Shown: piece by piece, positions 32,628 through 43,610 of the stretch
Numbering within the stretch: the first letter of the stretch is position 1
How the letters are laid out: each line of letters opens with the position of its first letter
Source: an uncultured delta proteobacterium
GTDB taxonomy: Bacteria; Desulfobacterota; Desulfobacteria; Desulfobacterales; JAFDCJ01
Length of the DNA stretch: 64,000 nt
Direction of reading: 5' to 3'
Assembly: GCA_963769935.1 (NCBI GenBank)
Contig: CAVYNY010000011.1
Coordinates: 128,001-192,000, forward strand
Translations under genes and position numbers: made by a program
The notes under the pieces: model-generated
Told to the model about the DNA's origin: nothing
What the model saw: only the letters and a program-made list of their open reading frames with translations
Databases searched by the model: none

Positions 32628-32898
32628 GCGGTTCCCCCAATTATCACCTGACGCCGGCTCGTAAGGGCCGCCCTGCGTTCATTTCTCCATAAAATTATAC
32701 CAGCCGTAGTCTTTGCGAAAAGAAATTTATAATTTGAGGGGTCCCAAACCCTTAAATCGATGACACCTAATCTTTTATTACTTCTTTTCGTGAAACAGCG
32801 AGTTCTTGCCACCAGCTTGATCTCATTAAACGGTTCTATGGCAAAGCGGTAGAGGTGGAGGGTGACACCATTCGCTTTACCATTCTTCCGTTTTCAGT

Positions 32899-33399
32899 TT
32901 ATCCGGTAAAAGCAAAATCCGCCCACGTTCCGCATCGATCTTTGTAATCAAAATGCCTTCCGTAATCGGCAAAATTCCAAAAGAAAGAGTGACAAGCCTT
33001 GACATTAGACAAGAAAGGCAGAGACTGATTTTCGAGCCGGACCGGGCTTCCGTCCGGCCCCGTGGACAGCGCTTGTTTCATTTCTCCGGCTGGCATTTTA
33101 AAATGGACACTTTTCCCATCTTCTTCGATGTCCACTTTTACATACTTGATGCCGAATACCTTTTTCATCAGCATACCGCCGATTGTTTCGACTGCCAACA
33201 CATCCAGAATTTGGCGCTGCTCCGGCGTTGCGTTATCGCTGATGTAAACTCCGCCTTCCGAACCCTTTTCCAACAGTTCTTTAATGGCTTTGTTATAACA
33301 GGATATTTCGGCCTTGATCAATCTTCCTGAGCATACCGCCAGCATTTCTCGAAAGATCCGTTTGCCTGCTTCCGGCAAGGACTCTTTTCTGCACGTCAA
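32899..33399 (-). pseudogene. Probable C-terminal half of a DUF1326-like protein
   Basis: YISDNATPEQRQIL...WADF resembles the DUF1326 C-half; the Cys-rich N-terminus and a good start are missing. Confidence 0.45.
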
Positions 33400-33417
33400 A
33401 TAGATGAACCAAATTCG

Positions 33418-34269
33418 TTATACCTCAAATTCGCTAACGGTGCCGGCATGGTTGAAAAAGAAACGGTCCCCGAGTTCCTGGGCCAGAAAACCACTCGCGC
33501 CCGGTCCCGTGCAGTGGGACACGCCGATGCGCTGAACATCGAGGCGTTTGATTTCCTCGAGGGTCAGTCGGAGCCGGCGTTCGGAAGCGCCGAACAGATG
33601 AATCCCTCCGACGATGGCGTAGACATCGTCGCATCCGGTCAGATCCTGTGCCCGGCGGATAGTGTTGACAATGCCCCGGTGGGCGCAGCCGGACACGATG
33701 ATCAGGCCCTTGTCGGATTTGATAAACAGCGACTGGTCGTCTCTGAGCGGATCGCGGACGTATCCGTCATCGGTTTCGACACAGGCGTTGGCGTCGATTT
33801 CTTCGAAGTCGGTCAGCATCGGGATCTCGCCGCTGGCGACAATCCGGTCGGTGATCCACACCGGTTCCGGCGTCAGGTGAAAGGTCGCCCCCAGGCTTTC
33901 CACCAGTTTACGGGCGAAAGGGATGCCGACATAGTGATAGCGGCTCCCATCGCCCGAGCGCCAGAATTTGGGCGCCCACGCATCCGGATGAGCGATGACC
34001 TCCACCGGTGTTTGCGGCATATCGCGAAGCTTGAGCAGATCCACCAGGCCGCCGGTGTGGTCTTCGTGGCCGTGGCTGAAGAGGATTTTGTCGACACTCT
34101 TGATTTTCGCTCCCATGATCCCGGCATTATGAGCGGCCACCATACTTCGTCCCGTATCGACCAGAATAGTGACGTCATCCGTTTCTACCAGAATACTCAA
34201 TCCCCATTCGGCAAGCAGACCCAGCCAGCTTGCCGAATTCTCGGCTAACGTTGATAATCGTATATGCAT
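33418..34269 (-). CDS. Cytoplasmic MBL-fold metallo-hydrolase (COG1237)
   Basis: AEWGLS, DTG, SHGHEDHTGG, DDQSL, GCAHRG, GGIH, SHCTG. Confidence 0.9.
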   Translation of the reverse strand: MHIRLSTLAENSASWLGLLAEWGLSILVETDDVTILVDTGRSMVAAHNAGIMGAKIKSVDKILFSHGHEDHTGGLVDLLKLRDMPQTPVEVIAHPDAWAPKFWRSGDGSRYHYVGIPFARKLVESLGATFHLTPEPVWITDRIVASGEIPMLTDFEEIDANACVETDDGYVRDPLRDDQSLFIKSDKGLIIVSGCAHRGIVNTIRRAQDLTGCDDVYAIVGGIHLFGASERRLRLTLEEIKRLDVQRIGVSHCTGPGASGFLAQELGDRFFFNHAGTVSEFEV

Positions 34270-34403
34270 CGTATACCCTATGCCTCCCTTTGCGATTTAG
34301 TCCTCGTGTTAGGACCTTTTGGCTGTTGAAGATTCCGACCGATCCTGCTGCTGCAGGCAGCCGGGCCGGTCAGTTCGGCAAATTTAACATGTTTCCGGCA
34401 GAT

Positions 34404-35711
34404 TTAACATGTTTTTTGAAAACGTTCATGAATAATTTTAAGATTCAATACCCTTTCCTTCTTTATAGAAATCGGAATATACAGAAATGTTGAGCACTGA
34501 TCTTCAAATGTTTCAAACGCTGCTGCCTGATCTTCGACCAGTACCTTTTTGATTACCTTTTCCCGCATGCGCAAACACAACGCAAACTCGAGAGGGAAAT
34601 TATCTCCCAGATAACCCACTTTAGCCCGTGTCGTTTCAGGGTCAACCAATGCTCTTTCAAAAAGACTGAAATTTTCTCTTTCGTTCCATAGTTTTTCGCG
34701 TGAAATCCGTCGTTCTCCCGGGGTGTTGCCTAAGGATCTTATTGAAATTCTGAAATCCCCGCATATCAAATTGGTTGGATACCCGGGGTCCTTTTCCCAT
34801 GAGAATCTTTCGTTTCCCATAGTTAACAGGGCCTGACAGGGAAACAATCCGCTCTCGCCCAGACCTTGCTCGGCTTTGACGCTCCAGTGGTTCGTTTCCA
34901 TTCCAAAAATAAGCGTATGCCATTTTAGATATGCCGGACCGCAGGTATAATTCGTATATCCGGCCAATCTGTCAGGGGTATCGTAGTGCTCATAAAAATT
35001 TTGGACATTGAGCAGGAATACTTTCTCCTTTTGATATCTCCAGGGCAACCGTGGGTTACCCATTTCGCCGAAATAGTAGCAAGCCAGATCTTCGAGGGTA
35101 TGGATTTCATAGGGAAACCCCTTTGCCCCGGCTGCCTCCACCATCCTGTTGGCGACATATTGATAAATCTGTTCATCCATGCCCCATTTAGTCGTGTTGG
35201 CGGGAATGATAACTTCCATGTCGCCGCGATCATATTTCGACCCTTGTATCTCACCCAGACTGTGATAATCGATCATCATATCCGGGGTATAGACGGCACA
35301 CAGATTTCCCATTATCTCTTTTTCAAGGTCGGTGATCCCGGTCATGGTCGAATGGAACTCATCCAAAATAATTCCCACTGGATTGCAAACGGGGACAACG
35401 ATAACCGTCTGCTTATCTCGGATTTCGCCGGCTTCATCACTGGCCAGATAACTCAGGATTTCCGGTCCAACGACCAAACCACCCCTTTCATTCCCGTGTC
35501 TGGCCAGGGTAACTACGGCAATCTGTTTCTCATCATTAGAAATAGACTTGTTGGTGAGGATGACAGCCGGTATTTCCCATTTGCCGTCTTCTGATTTACC
35601 GAGCACCTTTTTCTCGGCAATTTTTTTGTTCTTTTCCACAAAATCATCGACCCAGGAGTAAATCTCCCGCAATCCTTCCTCTCCCATAGGCATATGCTCA
35701 AAGACTGACAT
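34404..35711 (-). CDS. M14 zinc carboxypeptidase-like protein
   Basis: ARHGNE, VPVCNP, IDYHS. Confidence 0.7.
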   Translation of the reverse strand: MSVFEHMPMGEEGLREIYSWVDDFVEKNKKIAEKKVLGKSEDGKWEIPAVILTNKSISNDEKQIAVVTLARHGNERGGLVVGPEILSYLASDEAGEIRDKQTVIVVPVCNPVGIILDEFHSTMTGITDLEKEIMGNLCAVYTPDMMIDYHSLGEIQGSKYDRGDMEVIIPANTTKWGMDEQIYQYVANRMVEAAGAKGFPYEIHTLEDLACYYFGEMGNPRLPWRYQKEKVFLLNVQNFYEHYDTPDRLAGYTNYTCGPAYLKWHTLIFGMETNHWSVKAEQGLGESGLFPCQALLTMGNERFSWEKDPGYPTNLICGDFRISIRSLGNTPGERRISREKLWNERENFSLFERALVDPETTRAKVGYLGDNFPLEFALCLRMREKVIKKVLVEDQAAAFETFEDQCSTFLYIPISIKKERVLNLKIIHERFQKTC

Positions 35712-36034
35712 GGTTGTTCCTCCTCTATCTCTATGACCCGGGCCCCTAAATTGGTTTGAGACAGGGTCATCCCTAATCCAACGGGACCCGTCCCAAACAG
35801 GCAGGTAATTTCTCCCGGAGCCACCCCGCTTCTGATACAGGCGCCATAAGGCATACCCATCTCCGCTCCCAGGAGTTCATCAAACCAGAATTCCAAGTTC
35901 TTCCCGACGGCTGATTCCCCTCGCGTGTCGGTGGTCCACCAGTGCGCCAGCTTTCTTATGTCGGTCACCGCCTGATAAACTTCGTTTGGAGACGCCTTGA
36001 TGTGAATTTCATGCCAGATTTCGCGATGTGTCAT
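35705..36034 (-). pseudogene. Chimera: SRPBCC N-terminus fused to a Zn-alcohol dehydrogenase fragment
   Basis: HEIHIKASPNEVYQAVTD...WWT joined to FGTGPVGLG...LGARVI. Confidence 0.6.
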
Positions 36035-36066
36035 AGATGTCTCCGTTAAGGCAGAGCGTGTCGTTT

Positions 36067-37239
36067 TTAGTACCCCTCGATTTGATTGGGAAAGTAATCC
36101 TCGAGATCGCCTTCCCGATAAACGTCGACGGTCGTACAGTGCAGTGAACCGCCGAAGGAGACAACCTTGTCATAGGGCACAGGAATCACTTCAATACCCA
36201 GCTTGGTGAGTTGCTCAATATAGCGCTCTTCGTGGGCCTCCGCGCAAATTGTGTTGGGCCCCAGCGAGAGGGTGTTCATGAAGATTGGGTTAGGTCCTTT
36301 CCGTGGAGTTCCAAATGAGTCAAGCACTTCCTTGTAATGATGGGTGGGGGGAGCCGTTTCAACTATTTCCCAGTCGTTCTTCTTGAGGAGTTTTACGGCT
36401 TCCGGGGTCAGGAAAGGTCGAGCAGGGTTGTGCATCATTAGCCCGGGACGAACGGGGCAAATAATGACGTCAGCGTGGAACGCGTAATACGTGTCTTGGG
36501 TGGTGCCGAACTGCACTTCATGCACCCTGATCCCTTTGGATCCGAAATAGCGCTTGAGCCAGTCAATGCCGGCATTGTTAGTCACACAACCATGGTACCA
36601 GAAGATGTCTTTTCCCATTCGCATGCAGCAAGCAGCATCCCACATCGGTTCCACGTCGGTCAGGTGGAAGCGATTTTTTTCCAATCGCTTTTGCTTTTCT
36701 TCATCTGACCATACATTGTAGTAGTTGTACCAGTAATTCTTTTCGTAAGAAGCATCTGTCATGCGAGGCTTGGGCGCTGCAGTCCACAAAAAATCCGGAT
36801 CTTCCTTGAAGTAGCGCTGAAAGATGGGGCGAAGGTTCAAGTGCTCGTACCAGCGCTGTCGTTGTGCGCCAGCGCCCTCAATTATCTCATTTCCAACTGT
36901 CATGAAAAGGTCTCGAGGGCAGTTCGTGCCGCGGACATTGGGCATGGTCCAATCCGGTGTCCCATTGCCCCGACCTTCCAAGTAGGCCGGGTGCAATTCC
37001 ACACGGTCTACCGTAATACCGCGGTTTTCCAAAATTTTCACGAAGTTATCCATCTGCTCATTAGCTTCGTCAACCATCTCCTCGGGATATGGCCCATAGG
37101 TGCCGAGCGGATAACCACCGTCGGGTTGATGCGAGTACGCACCGGGTTCAGGTGCAGCCACATGGCTGCCTTCAGGTCGACCCAAAATTAATCTCTTCAG
37201 GGGATCCCATTCGTTCCAGGCATTCACGATTTTCGTCAT
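36067..37239 (-). CDS. Glycine/inosamine amidinotransferase family protein
   Basis: NEWDPL, CPRD, DAAC, HAD, MNTLSL, FGGSLHCTT (catalytic D, H, C). Confidence 0.88.
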   Translation of the reverse strand: MTKIVNAWNEWDPLKRLILGRPEGSHVAAPEPGAYSHQPDGGYPLGTYGPYPEEMVDEANEQMDNFVKILENRGITVDRVELHPAYLEGRGNGTPDWTMPNVRGTNCPRDLFMTVGNEIIEGAGAQRQRWYEHLNLRPIFQRYFKEDPDFLWTAAPKPRMTDASYEKNYWYNYYNVWSDEEKQKRLEKNRFHLTDVEPMWDAACCMRMGKDIFWYHGCVTNNAGIDWLKRYFGSKGIRVHEVQFGTTQDTYYAFHADVIICPVRPGLMMHNPARPFLTPEAVKLLKKNDWEIVETAPPTHHYKEVLDSFGTPRKGPNPIFMNTLSLGPNTICAEAHEERYIEQLTKLGIEVIPVPYDKVVSFGGSLHCTTVDVYREGDLEDYFPNQIEGY

Positions 37240-37539
37240 GATATCTTCCTCCAGATCTAATTGTATTTATCTCTTCGTCAGGCATCCTCACAAGGCCGGA
37301 TCACCTCACGATAAATCCCTGCAGTAAACGGTTTGCCCTTTTTCCCCATCTTGAGAACTGATCAAGGATAGAGGTTAAAAACCTGCGCTGCGTCCGGGGT
37401 CCGGCCCAATGCCAATACTTAATCCTTATGTGACAGCCGTTTGCGTCATTCCGGCAAGGGAGAATAGAGTGTCTAATCCTGACGGGCTGTTGCCCAAATG
37501 GAAATTAATACCAAGTTCTCTATGTATAAAATCTGAGAT

Positions 37540-37908
37540 TCAGATCCAAACGTTATCATCGGCCGTCATTTCGCCGCCGGCGCCGCCGGTATTAATTGTA
37601 CCGGCAGGTTCGACAAGCATTGCCCGGCATTCTTTTTCAGCAGACGGCTTGTGCTCGATACCCTGCGGCACGACGAACATCTCCCCGGCCTTCAAATTTA
37701 CGCCGCCATCGCGAAAAGCAATGAACATTTCTCCGTCCAGAACGATAAACACTTCGTCTGTATCATCGTGGCGATGCCAGACAAACTCGCCCTGGAATTT
37801 CACGAGTTTGAAATGATAATCATTCATCTGAGCGATGATTTTGGGTGCCCAATGCTCGGCAAATTTGGATAATTTTTCTGCGAGATTTATCGCCTTGAAA
37901 ACCATCAT
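37540..37908 (-). CDS. Cupin domain protein
   Basis: [22 protein letters not shown]. Confidence 0.9.
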   Translation of the reverse strand: MMVFKAINLAEKLSKFAEHWAPKIIAQMNDYHFKLVKFQGEFVWHRHDDTDEVFIVLDGEMFIAFRDGGVNLKAGEMFVVPQGIEHKPSAEKECRAMLVEPAGTINTGGAGGEMTADDNVWI

Positions 37909-38240
37909 CTATCACCTTATTCAAGCGGGTAACGGTACAAGATAGTCTCTATATAGAAAGGGAAGGTGCTTTGTCATAAACGCCCACGCAAATCAGGCAC
38001 TTTTGCTGCCGGACAGCATGCCGCCGGGTCGATCCAAAAAATCATAGCGGCGGGGCCATTTTTTTCGTGAGCAACGATCTCAGCGGCACCCTGCGTATCG
38101 ATCGATCCCATCTGAGCAACAACCCCAGCCTTGGCTTTGAGACCGACCCCGGCATTTTTTAAATCACAAATAAAGACACGATCCCATTTTCCATTTAGAT
38201 TTATCAACCAAACGTGCACCTATCCGGGAGAAGCCAAAAA

Positions 38241-39413
38241 TTAAAGGACCAGATCGTCGAGATCAACTGGGGCGCGGGTCATGGCTTGACAGGCGTCCTT
38301 GGTCACTAGAACCGTATCCGAATGACGATAACCGCCCACCCCCGATAGGTAGATGCCCGGCTCGATGCTGATGACCATATTCTCCGCAATCACATCTTCG
38401 CTGCCCATTGCGATCCAGGGAGGTTCATGGCCGGTGATGCCAAAACCATGGCCGGTGCGGTGTAAAATGGCATCGCCGAATCCCCTGGCTTTGATCAGAT
38501 CCAATACCTGCCGGTCGACATCGGCGGCGCGGGCGCCGGGCTTGATCAGTTCAAAGGCCAGCGCCCGGGCTTCCATCATCGCAGAGAAAGGGGCTCTGGA
38601 CGCTTCGGGAATATTGCCGATAAAAAAGGTGCGCTCCAACTCAGCCGAGTACCCGTCTGCCTGAGCCGCCACAATCGTGACCTGGGGTCCGCCGGCTTGA
38701 AGTGAATCGAAAAGGCCCGGCACGGAATGGGGCTGAGCCGACAGGGGCCCTGGCCAGACTGCGCAGAGCGTCTTGGTCATCAGCAGGTTCAGTTGGGACA
38801 CCTCCAGGACGATGAGGCCCATCATCTGGCGCACGCCTTCACTATAAAGGGTCAACTGCTGAACGCCGGGCTTGCTCAGTTCCAGAGTCTTGGCCAGGCC
38901 TGCCTCGACGATTTTGCAGGCATATGCTATCCGGCTGATTTCATATTCAGATTTAACCAAGCGTATTTCGTCTATAAGATCGGTGGCCACAATCTGTCCA
39001 GGGATAATCTCGCGATGCATCACCGGCAGTGACTTTTCAATTCCCACCCGTGCGTTGGCAGGTATCATCTCTTTGAGCGCATCAACATGGCTCAGGCCGG
39101 CGGGGGCCGGGTATTCGCGATAGGTGCGATAGTTTACATCGATCAGCACCCGTCCCTCGGCATGGCTGACTTCAAGCAGCGGCAGGACAAGCGTCGGATC
39201 GTCGGAGGCGGGGATGATTAGGAAAAATGGACGCTCCATTGGAAAGTAGGCAAAATTGGTGAGGTAATAAACATTGTCGGTCTGAGCCGACACGTAATAA
39301 TCAATCCTCTGTTTTTGCATCCTGGCCCTTAAGTTATTCAAGCGCGAGTCCAGTTCCGCCGGTTCCGGTGCAGATGTTACAGGTACGATTGCATTCATGA
39401 ATTTATTGTCCAT
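38241..39413 (-). CDS. M24 family hydrolase, creatinase-like
   Basis: Creatinase-type N-domain; VKSEYE, GYSAELERTF, HRTGHGFG, HEPP, SIEPG, GYRHSDT. Confidence 0.85.
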   Translation of the reverse strand: MDNKFMNAIVPVTSAPEPAELDSRLNNLRARMQKQRIDYYVSAQTDNVYYLTNFAYFPMERPFFLIIPASDDPTLVLPLLEVSHAEGRVLIDVNYRTYREYPAPAGLSHVDALKEMIPANARVGIEKSLPVMHREIIPGQIVATDLIDEIRLVKSEYEISRIAYACKIVEAGLAKTLELSKPGVQQLTLYSEGVRQMMGLIVLEVSQLNLLMTKTLCAVWPGPLSAQPHSVPGLFDSLQAGGPQVTIVAAQADGYSAELERTFFIGNIPEASRAPFSAMMEARALAFELIKPGARAADVDRQVLDLIKARGFGDAILHRTGHGFGITGHEPPWIAMGSEDVIAENMVISIEPGIYLSGVGGYRHSDTVLVTKDACQAMTRAPVDLDDLVL

Positions 39414-39763
39414 CCTTTTTCTTAATAAGGCAGTTTTTGAGGAAAATCGGTCGATTAAGACCGTCTCAAAGTCCTTTTTGAGGAATTACATTCGCAATGT
39501 CAAATGCTTAGCGTGGCGACCCCATAGAACCATACCGGTTACGCCCCCACAGATACCCCCGGTCATACCGAAACCGGGAAAGGCGGATCTTCGGCATTAC
39601 AGTGTCAAGAAGCTGCAATCTCCGCCTCTCCGGAGTGATGTCAAAGCCTGCCTTCTGGGAAAGGCTTCTTTCCTTTAATTAACCCATTGAAAATTTGTTG
39701 TTTTTGCGCGAATTGATAATTCGCTGATAAGCATTATGTTAATATACACTACCAACTCAAACA

Positions 39764-42700
39764 ATGGAAGACGTTAAAATGCAATGCCCAAAGTGCCGGT
39801 TTGAAAATCCCGGCGAGATGCAATTTTGTGGTAAGTGCGGCGCGAAATTGGAAAGCATCTGCCCGGAATGCAACTCTTCCAATCCACCAGGATTTAATTT
39901 TTGCGGCAAATGCGGCCATGAGCTAAGAGAGCCGCAAGATTCCATTTCGGTTGATTATTCGAAGCCTCAAAACTACACGCCTAAACACCTGGCAGACAAA
40001 ATTCTCACCACCCGCAGCTCCATCGAGGGCGAGCATAAACTGGTTACGGTCCTCTTTGCGGATGTGGCAAATTTCACTTCTATTTCTGAAAATCTTGATC
40101 CTGAGGAAGTTCACCGTCTCATGGATGGTTGCTTTAAGATCCTGATGGAGGAAATTCACCGGTTTGAGGGAACCATCAACCAGTTCACCGGTGATGGTGT
40201 CATGGCCCTTTTCGGCGCTCCGGTGGCCCATGAGGATCATGGACGACGGGCCTGCCAGGCAGCGTTGTCCATTCAGAAATCCATAGGGGATTACGGCGAA
40301 CAGCTCAAAAAAGATTATGGGATTGATTTTAAAATGCGTGTCGGCCTGAATTCAGGTCCGGTTGTTGTGGGCTCGATCGGGGACGACTTGCGCATGGATT
40401 ATACTGCTGTCGGCGACACCACCAATCTGGCCTCCAGAATGGAAAGTATGGCGCGTCCGGGCAGCATCGTTGTCTCCAACTACACCCACAGACTGGTGCG
40501 GGATTTTTTCGAATTTGAAAATCTTGGCAATACTGAGGTGAAAGGCAAAAAGGAGCCCCAGGAAATTTTTGAACTCCTCGGCGCCGGTGAAGCGGATACC
40601 AGGATCGCGGCATCAGTGGCCAAAGGCTTGACTCAATTTGTCGGCCGGAATAGCGCCATCCGTTCCCTTATGGATTCCTACCATAAAGCCGGGAGTGGGT
40701 CAGGTCAGGTTGTCGGGGTTGTGGGTGACGCCGGTGTGGGAAAGTCAAGGCTTCTGTTCGAATTTCGAAATCAATTTCCGGCCGACGAATTTACCTATTT
40801 TGAAGGCCAGTGTCTGCCTTTCGGTCGAACCATGGCGTATCTGCCCATATTGGAAATTCTTCGATCCTATTTTAACATCAAAGAAGGAGATCCTGAGTCG
40901 CTGATCAGAAAAAATTTGGCGGCCGTGATCCACCAGTTCGATGATAAGGTGCATGGTGTTTTAGCACCTTTTTGCGACCTCCTGTCCCTTGATGCCGAAG
41001 ATGCGGACTATGAAAAACTCGCGCCCAGGCAAAAAAGAGAGCAAACCTTTGAGGCTGTCCGCGAGTTGCTCATTTTCGAGAGTCAGAAAAGGCCGGTCAT
41101 CATCGTCGTTGAGGATCTGCAATGGATTGATAAGACATCGGAAGAATTCCTGGACTACCTGATCGGGCGGCTGTCCGGGGCCAGGATATTGTTGCTTCTC
41201 ATCTATCGGCCGGAGTATACCCACCCTTGGGGAAGTAGATCCTATTACAACAGAATCGGTCTGGAACAACTCAGCTCCGGATCCAGCGCAGAGCTGATAC
41301 GATCGATCCTCCAGGGTTGCGATGCTGTACCGGAGCTAAAAGGGTTTATACTCGAGCGGACAACGGGCAATCCGCTTTTCATGGAGGAGTTGACACGAAC
41401 CTTGCTGGAAAATGGTTCGATTCGATGTGAGGATGGCAGGTGTCGATTAATAAAAAATTTAGCCGAAATTGAGGTGCCGGATACCATCGAGGGGATCATT
41501 TCAGCGCGCATGGACCGATTGCAAGAGGACATCAAGCGCACAATGCAGTTGGCTTCGGTGATCGGCAGGTATTTTCCCTACCGGATCCTTGAAACGATCT
41601 CAGAGATGAGACAGGGGCTTAAATCCTGTCTGCTCAATCTTCAGGGATTGGAATTTATTTACGAAAAGAGTCTGTTCCCCGAGTTGGAATATGTATTTAA
41701 ACATATCCTGACCCGGCAGGTGGCATACAACAGTCTCCTGCAACAGAGAAGAAAGGAGATTCATGAAAAAATCGGACGGGCTATTGAAGCGCTTTACCCG
41801 GCTAGAATAGAAGAGTTTTATGAAATGTTGGCTTATCACTATTCAAGGAGCGACAATTTTGAGAAAGCCTGCCATTATCTGGAACTTTCGGGGGATAAAG
41901 TCATCCGAAATCATTCTGCATCAGAGGCCTTTTCCTATTACAAAGATGCGATGGAGGCCCTTAAAAAATTCCCCGCGTCTGAAGATAGCACACAAAAACT
42001 ACTGGCGATTGTCCATAAAATATTGGTTCCCATGATCGTTTTGGGCTTCCCGGAAGACAGCCTGTCTATTTTGCAGGCGGGTGAGAGAATCGCAACCGCC
42101 GTTGATGATAAAAAGAGCCGGATAAGATTTTACAGCAACATTGGCATGTATTATTCTCAAAAAGGAAAACAGGCCGAGGGCCGGAAGTCTTCAGGCAAAG
42201 CTTTTGAAGAAGCTGAAAAGATCCAGGACCTTGAACCGATGGCCCAGGCAGGGCCGGATATTGTTCTGGCGCATATGACGGAAGGCGCATACCACAAAGC
42301 CATTGATATTGCATCCAGAGTCACCAATCTGATTGAAAAAACGCAACGGCAGGCCGAAACCTTCGGGGGACCGTCTAATGTATATTCCGCCCTTACGGTT
42401 ATCTGCGGTTACAGCAAGGCAATGCTGGGTGATTTTGAAGCGGCATTGACGCTTTGTGATATGGCGCTCAAGAGTGCAACCGCTTTCGGGAACACGCCGG
42501 TTCAGGGGGTTGCTGAATATTATTACGGTATGGTTTTCTTGAACCGGGGAGAGTGGGAAACGGCCAGGGTTCATCTGCAGAACAGCATAAGGCTTTGTGA
42601 AAAGACGTCATTTTTTCAATGGTTGACATTGGCCTGGGGCGGATTGGGGCTGGCAGAAGCTGAACTGGCAAACCCCGCAGGCGGAATAGAATTTGTGGAG

Positions 42701-43144
42701 CAGGGGTTAAAAATTCAACGGGAAGCCAATATCGATTGGCTGATGTGCAGTCTGGTTTTCTCGCTGGGCATCTGTCATTGCTATGCGGGGAATCTGACCA
42801 AAGCCGTCGATCTGATGAAGGAGGCCTACCGGCTGTCGGAAAATAATCAGGAAATGCACGAAGCCGGGAAATCTTTAATCTGGCTGGGCCGGGTAACGAG
42901 TCTTGCCGATCCGCCCCAAAAAAAAGAGGCGCTTGATTATATTCAAAGCGGTCTAAAAATCCTCAATGGCCTGGAAACAAAACCTGATGCGGCGATCGCC
43001 CATTTATTTTTGGGTGAGCTTTATCGGAATCTTGGCCAGCCAGACCAAGCTATGAGCTTTCTGAAAGAAGCAGCCACGACGTTCGAAGATATGGGAATGG
43101 TCGCCTGGTTGGACAAAACCCGGGCGATTTTGAATAAACTATAG
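39764..43144 (+). CDS. Double zinc ribbon + class III nucleotidyl cyclase + STAND ATPase + TPR protein
   Basis: Four CxxC pairs; VLFADV, GDGVMALFG, GDTTNLASR; GDAGVGKS, EDLQWID, GNPLF; TPR-like C-terminus. Confidence 0.92.
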   Translation: MEDVKMQCPKCRFENPGEMQFCGKCGAKLESICPECNSSNPPGFNFCGKCGHELREPQDSISVDYSKPQNYTPKHLADKILTTRSSIEGEHKLVTVLFADVANFTSISENLDPEEVHRLMDGCFKILMEEIHRFEGTINQFTGDGVMALFGAPVAHEDHGRRACQAALSIQKSIGDYGEQLKKDYGIDFKMRVGLNSGPVVVGSIGDDLRMDYTAVGDTTNLASRMESMARPGSIVVSNYTHRLVRDFFEFENLGNTEVKGKKEPQEIFELLGAGEADTRIAASVAKGLTQFVGRNSAIRSLMDSYHKAGSGSGQVVGVVGDAGVGKSRLLFEFRNQFPADEFTYFEGQCLPFGRTMAYLPILEILRSYFNIKEGDPESLIRKNLAAVIHQFDDKVHGVLAPFCDLLSLDAEDADYEKLAPRQKREQTFEAVRELLIFESQKRPVIIVVEDLQWIDKTSEEFLDYLIGRLSGARILLLLIYRPEYTHPWGSRSYYNRIGLEQLSSGSSAELIRSILQGCDAVPELKGFILERTTGNPLFMEELTRTLLENGSIRCEDGRCRLIKNLAEIEVPDTIEGIISARMDRLQEDIKRTMQLASVIGRYFPYRILETISEMRQGLKSCLLNLQGLEFIYEKSLFPELEYVFKHILTRQVAYNSLLQQRRKEIHEKIGRAIEALYPARIEEFYEMLAYHYSRSDNFEKACHYLELSGDKVIRNHSASEAFSYYKDAMEALKKFPASEDSTQKLLAIVHKILVPMIVLGFPEDSLSILQAGERIATAVDDKKSRIRFYSNIGMYYSQKGKQAEGRKSSGKAFEEAEKIQDLEPMAQAGPDIVLAHMTEGAYHKAIDIASRVTNLIEKTQRQAETFGGPSNVYSALTVICGYSKAMLGDFEAALTLCDMALKSATAFGNTPVQGVAEYYYGMVFLNRGEWETARVHLQNSIRLCEKTSFFQWLTLAWGGLGLAEAELANPAGGIEFVEQGLKIQREANIDWLMCSLVFSLGICHCYAGNLTKAVDLMKEAYRLSENNQEMHEAGKSLIWLGRVTSLADPPQKKEALDYIQSGLKILNGLETKPDAAIAHLFLGELYRNLGQPDQAMSFLKEAATTFEDMGMVAWLDKTRAILNKL

Positions 43145-43283
43145 CCCCTTGGCTGCCGGAAGACACCGGCTTCTTCCGGATTGACCGTCGTTTCGAAATA
43201 GTATTCAAAGTTTTCTTCCGAATTTGACCAGCCGTTCCGCTCATAATCTTAGGAGACAAGAGGCAAATAATACTTGTTGGGGT

Positions 43284-43500
43284 TTATTTCCGGGTGGCCA
43301 AAACAATCCCCAGTGCGATCAGCCCGATGCCGGTGCCGTGATACCACCGCAAGGATTCTCCCAGAAATGCCATAGCCATAATACTGCCGAACACCGGCAT
43401 CAGGTGCAGAAACAATCCGGCCCGGTTGGCACCAACCAGTTCCGCACCACTGTTAAAGCAGATATACGATATAATCGATGGAAAAATGGCTACATAGGGG
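43284..43500 (-). pseudogene. DMT/EamA transporter C-terminal fragment
   Basis: GANRAGLFLHLMPVFG...FLGE fused to transposase-derived sequence. Confidence 0.7.
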
Positions 43501-43610
43501 ACTCTCTTGCTGTCGAGGACGCGATGTTCAGCTTTTTCGATTGCCCGACCGCGCCCATCCATAGCTTTCCCGTCCCTCCCTATAGCTAACACGCTCAGAG
43601 CCTGTGTCGT
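43500..43610 (-). mobile_element. RAYT C-terminal HTH remnant
   Basis: SKKLNIASSTARES; nucleotide similarity to 59480-59560. Confidence 0.55.

Noticed and set aside
32826..32895. attC-like hairpin (AAC...GTT) after the DUF1326-like fragment
   Set aside because: Poor R boxes, misplaced bulge and isolated position; could simply be a terminator.
34376..34415. 20-bp tandem duplication over the M14 stop codon
   Set aside because: Real, but only two units and no evident function.
37240..37420. Guanidine or c-di-GMP riboswitch upstream of the amidinotransferase
   Set aside because: Only isolated GGGCAAACC and ACGA-like words; the required stems were not found by eye. Rfam cmscan would settle it.
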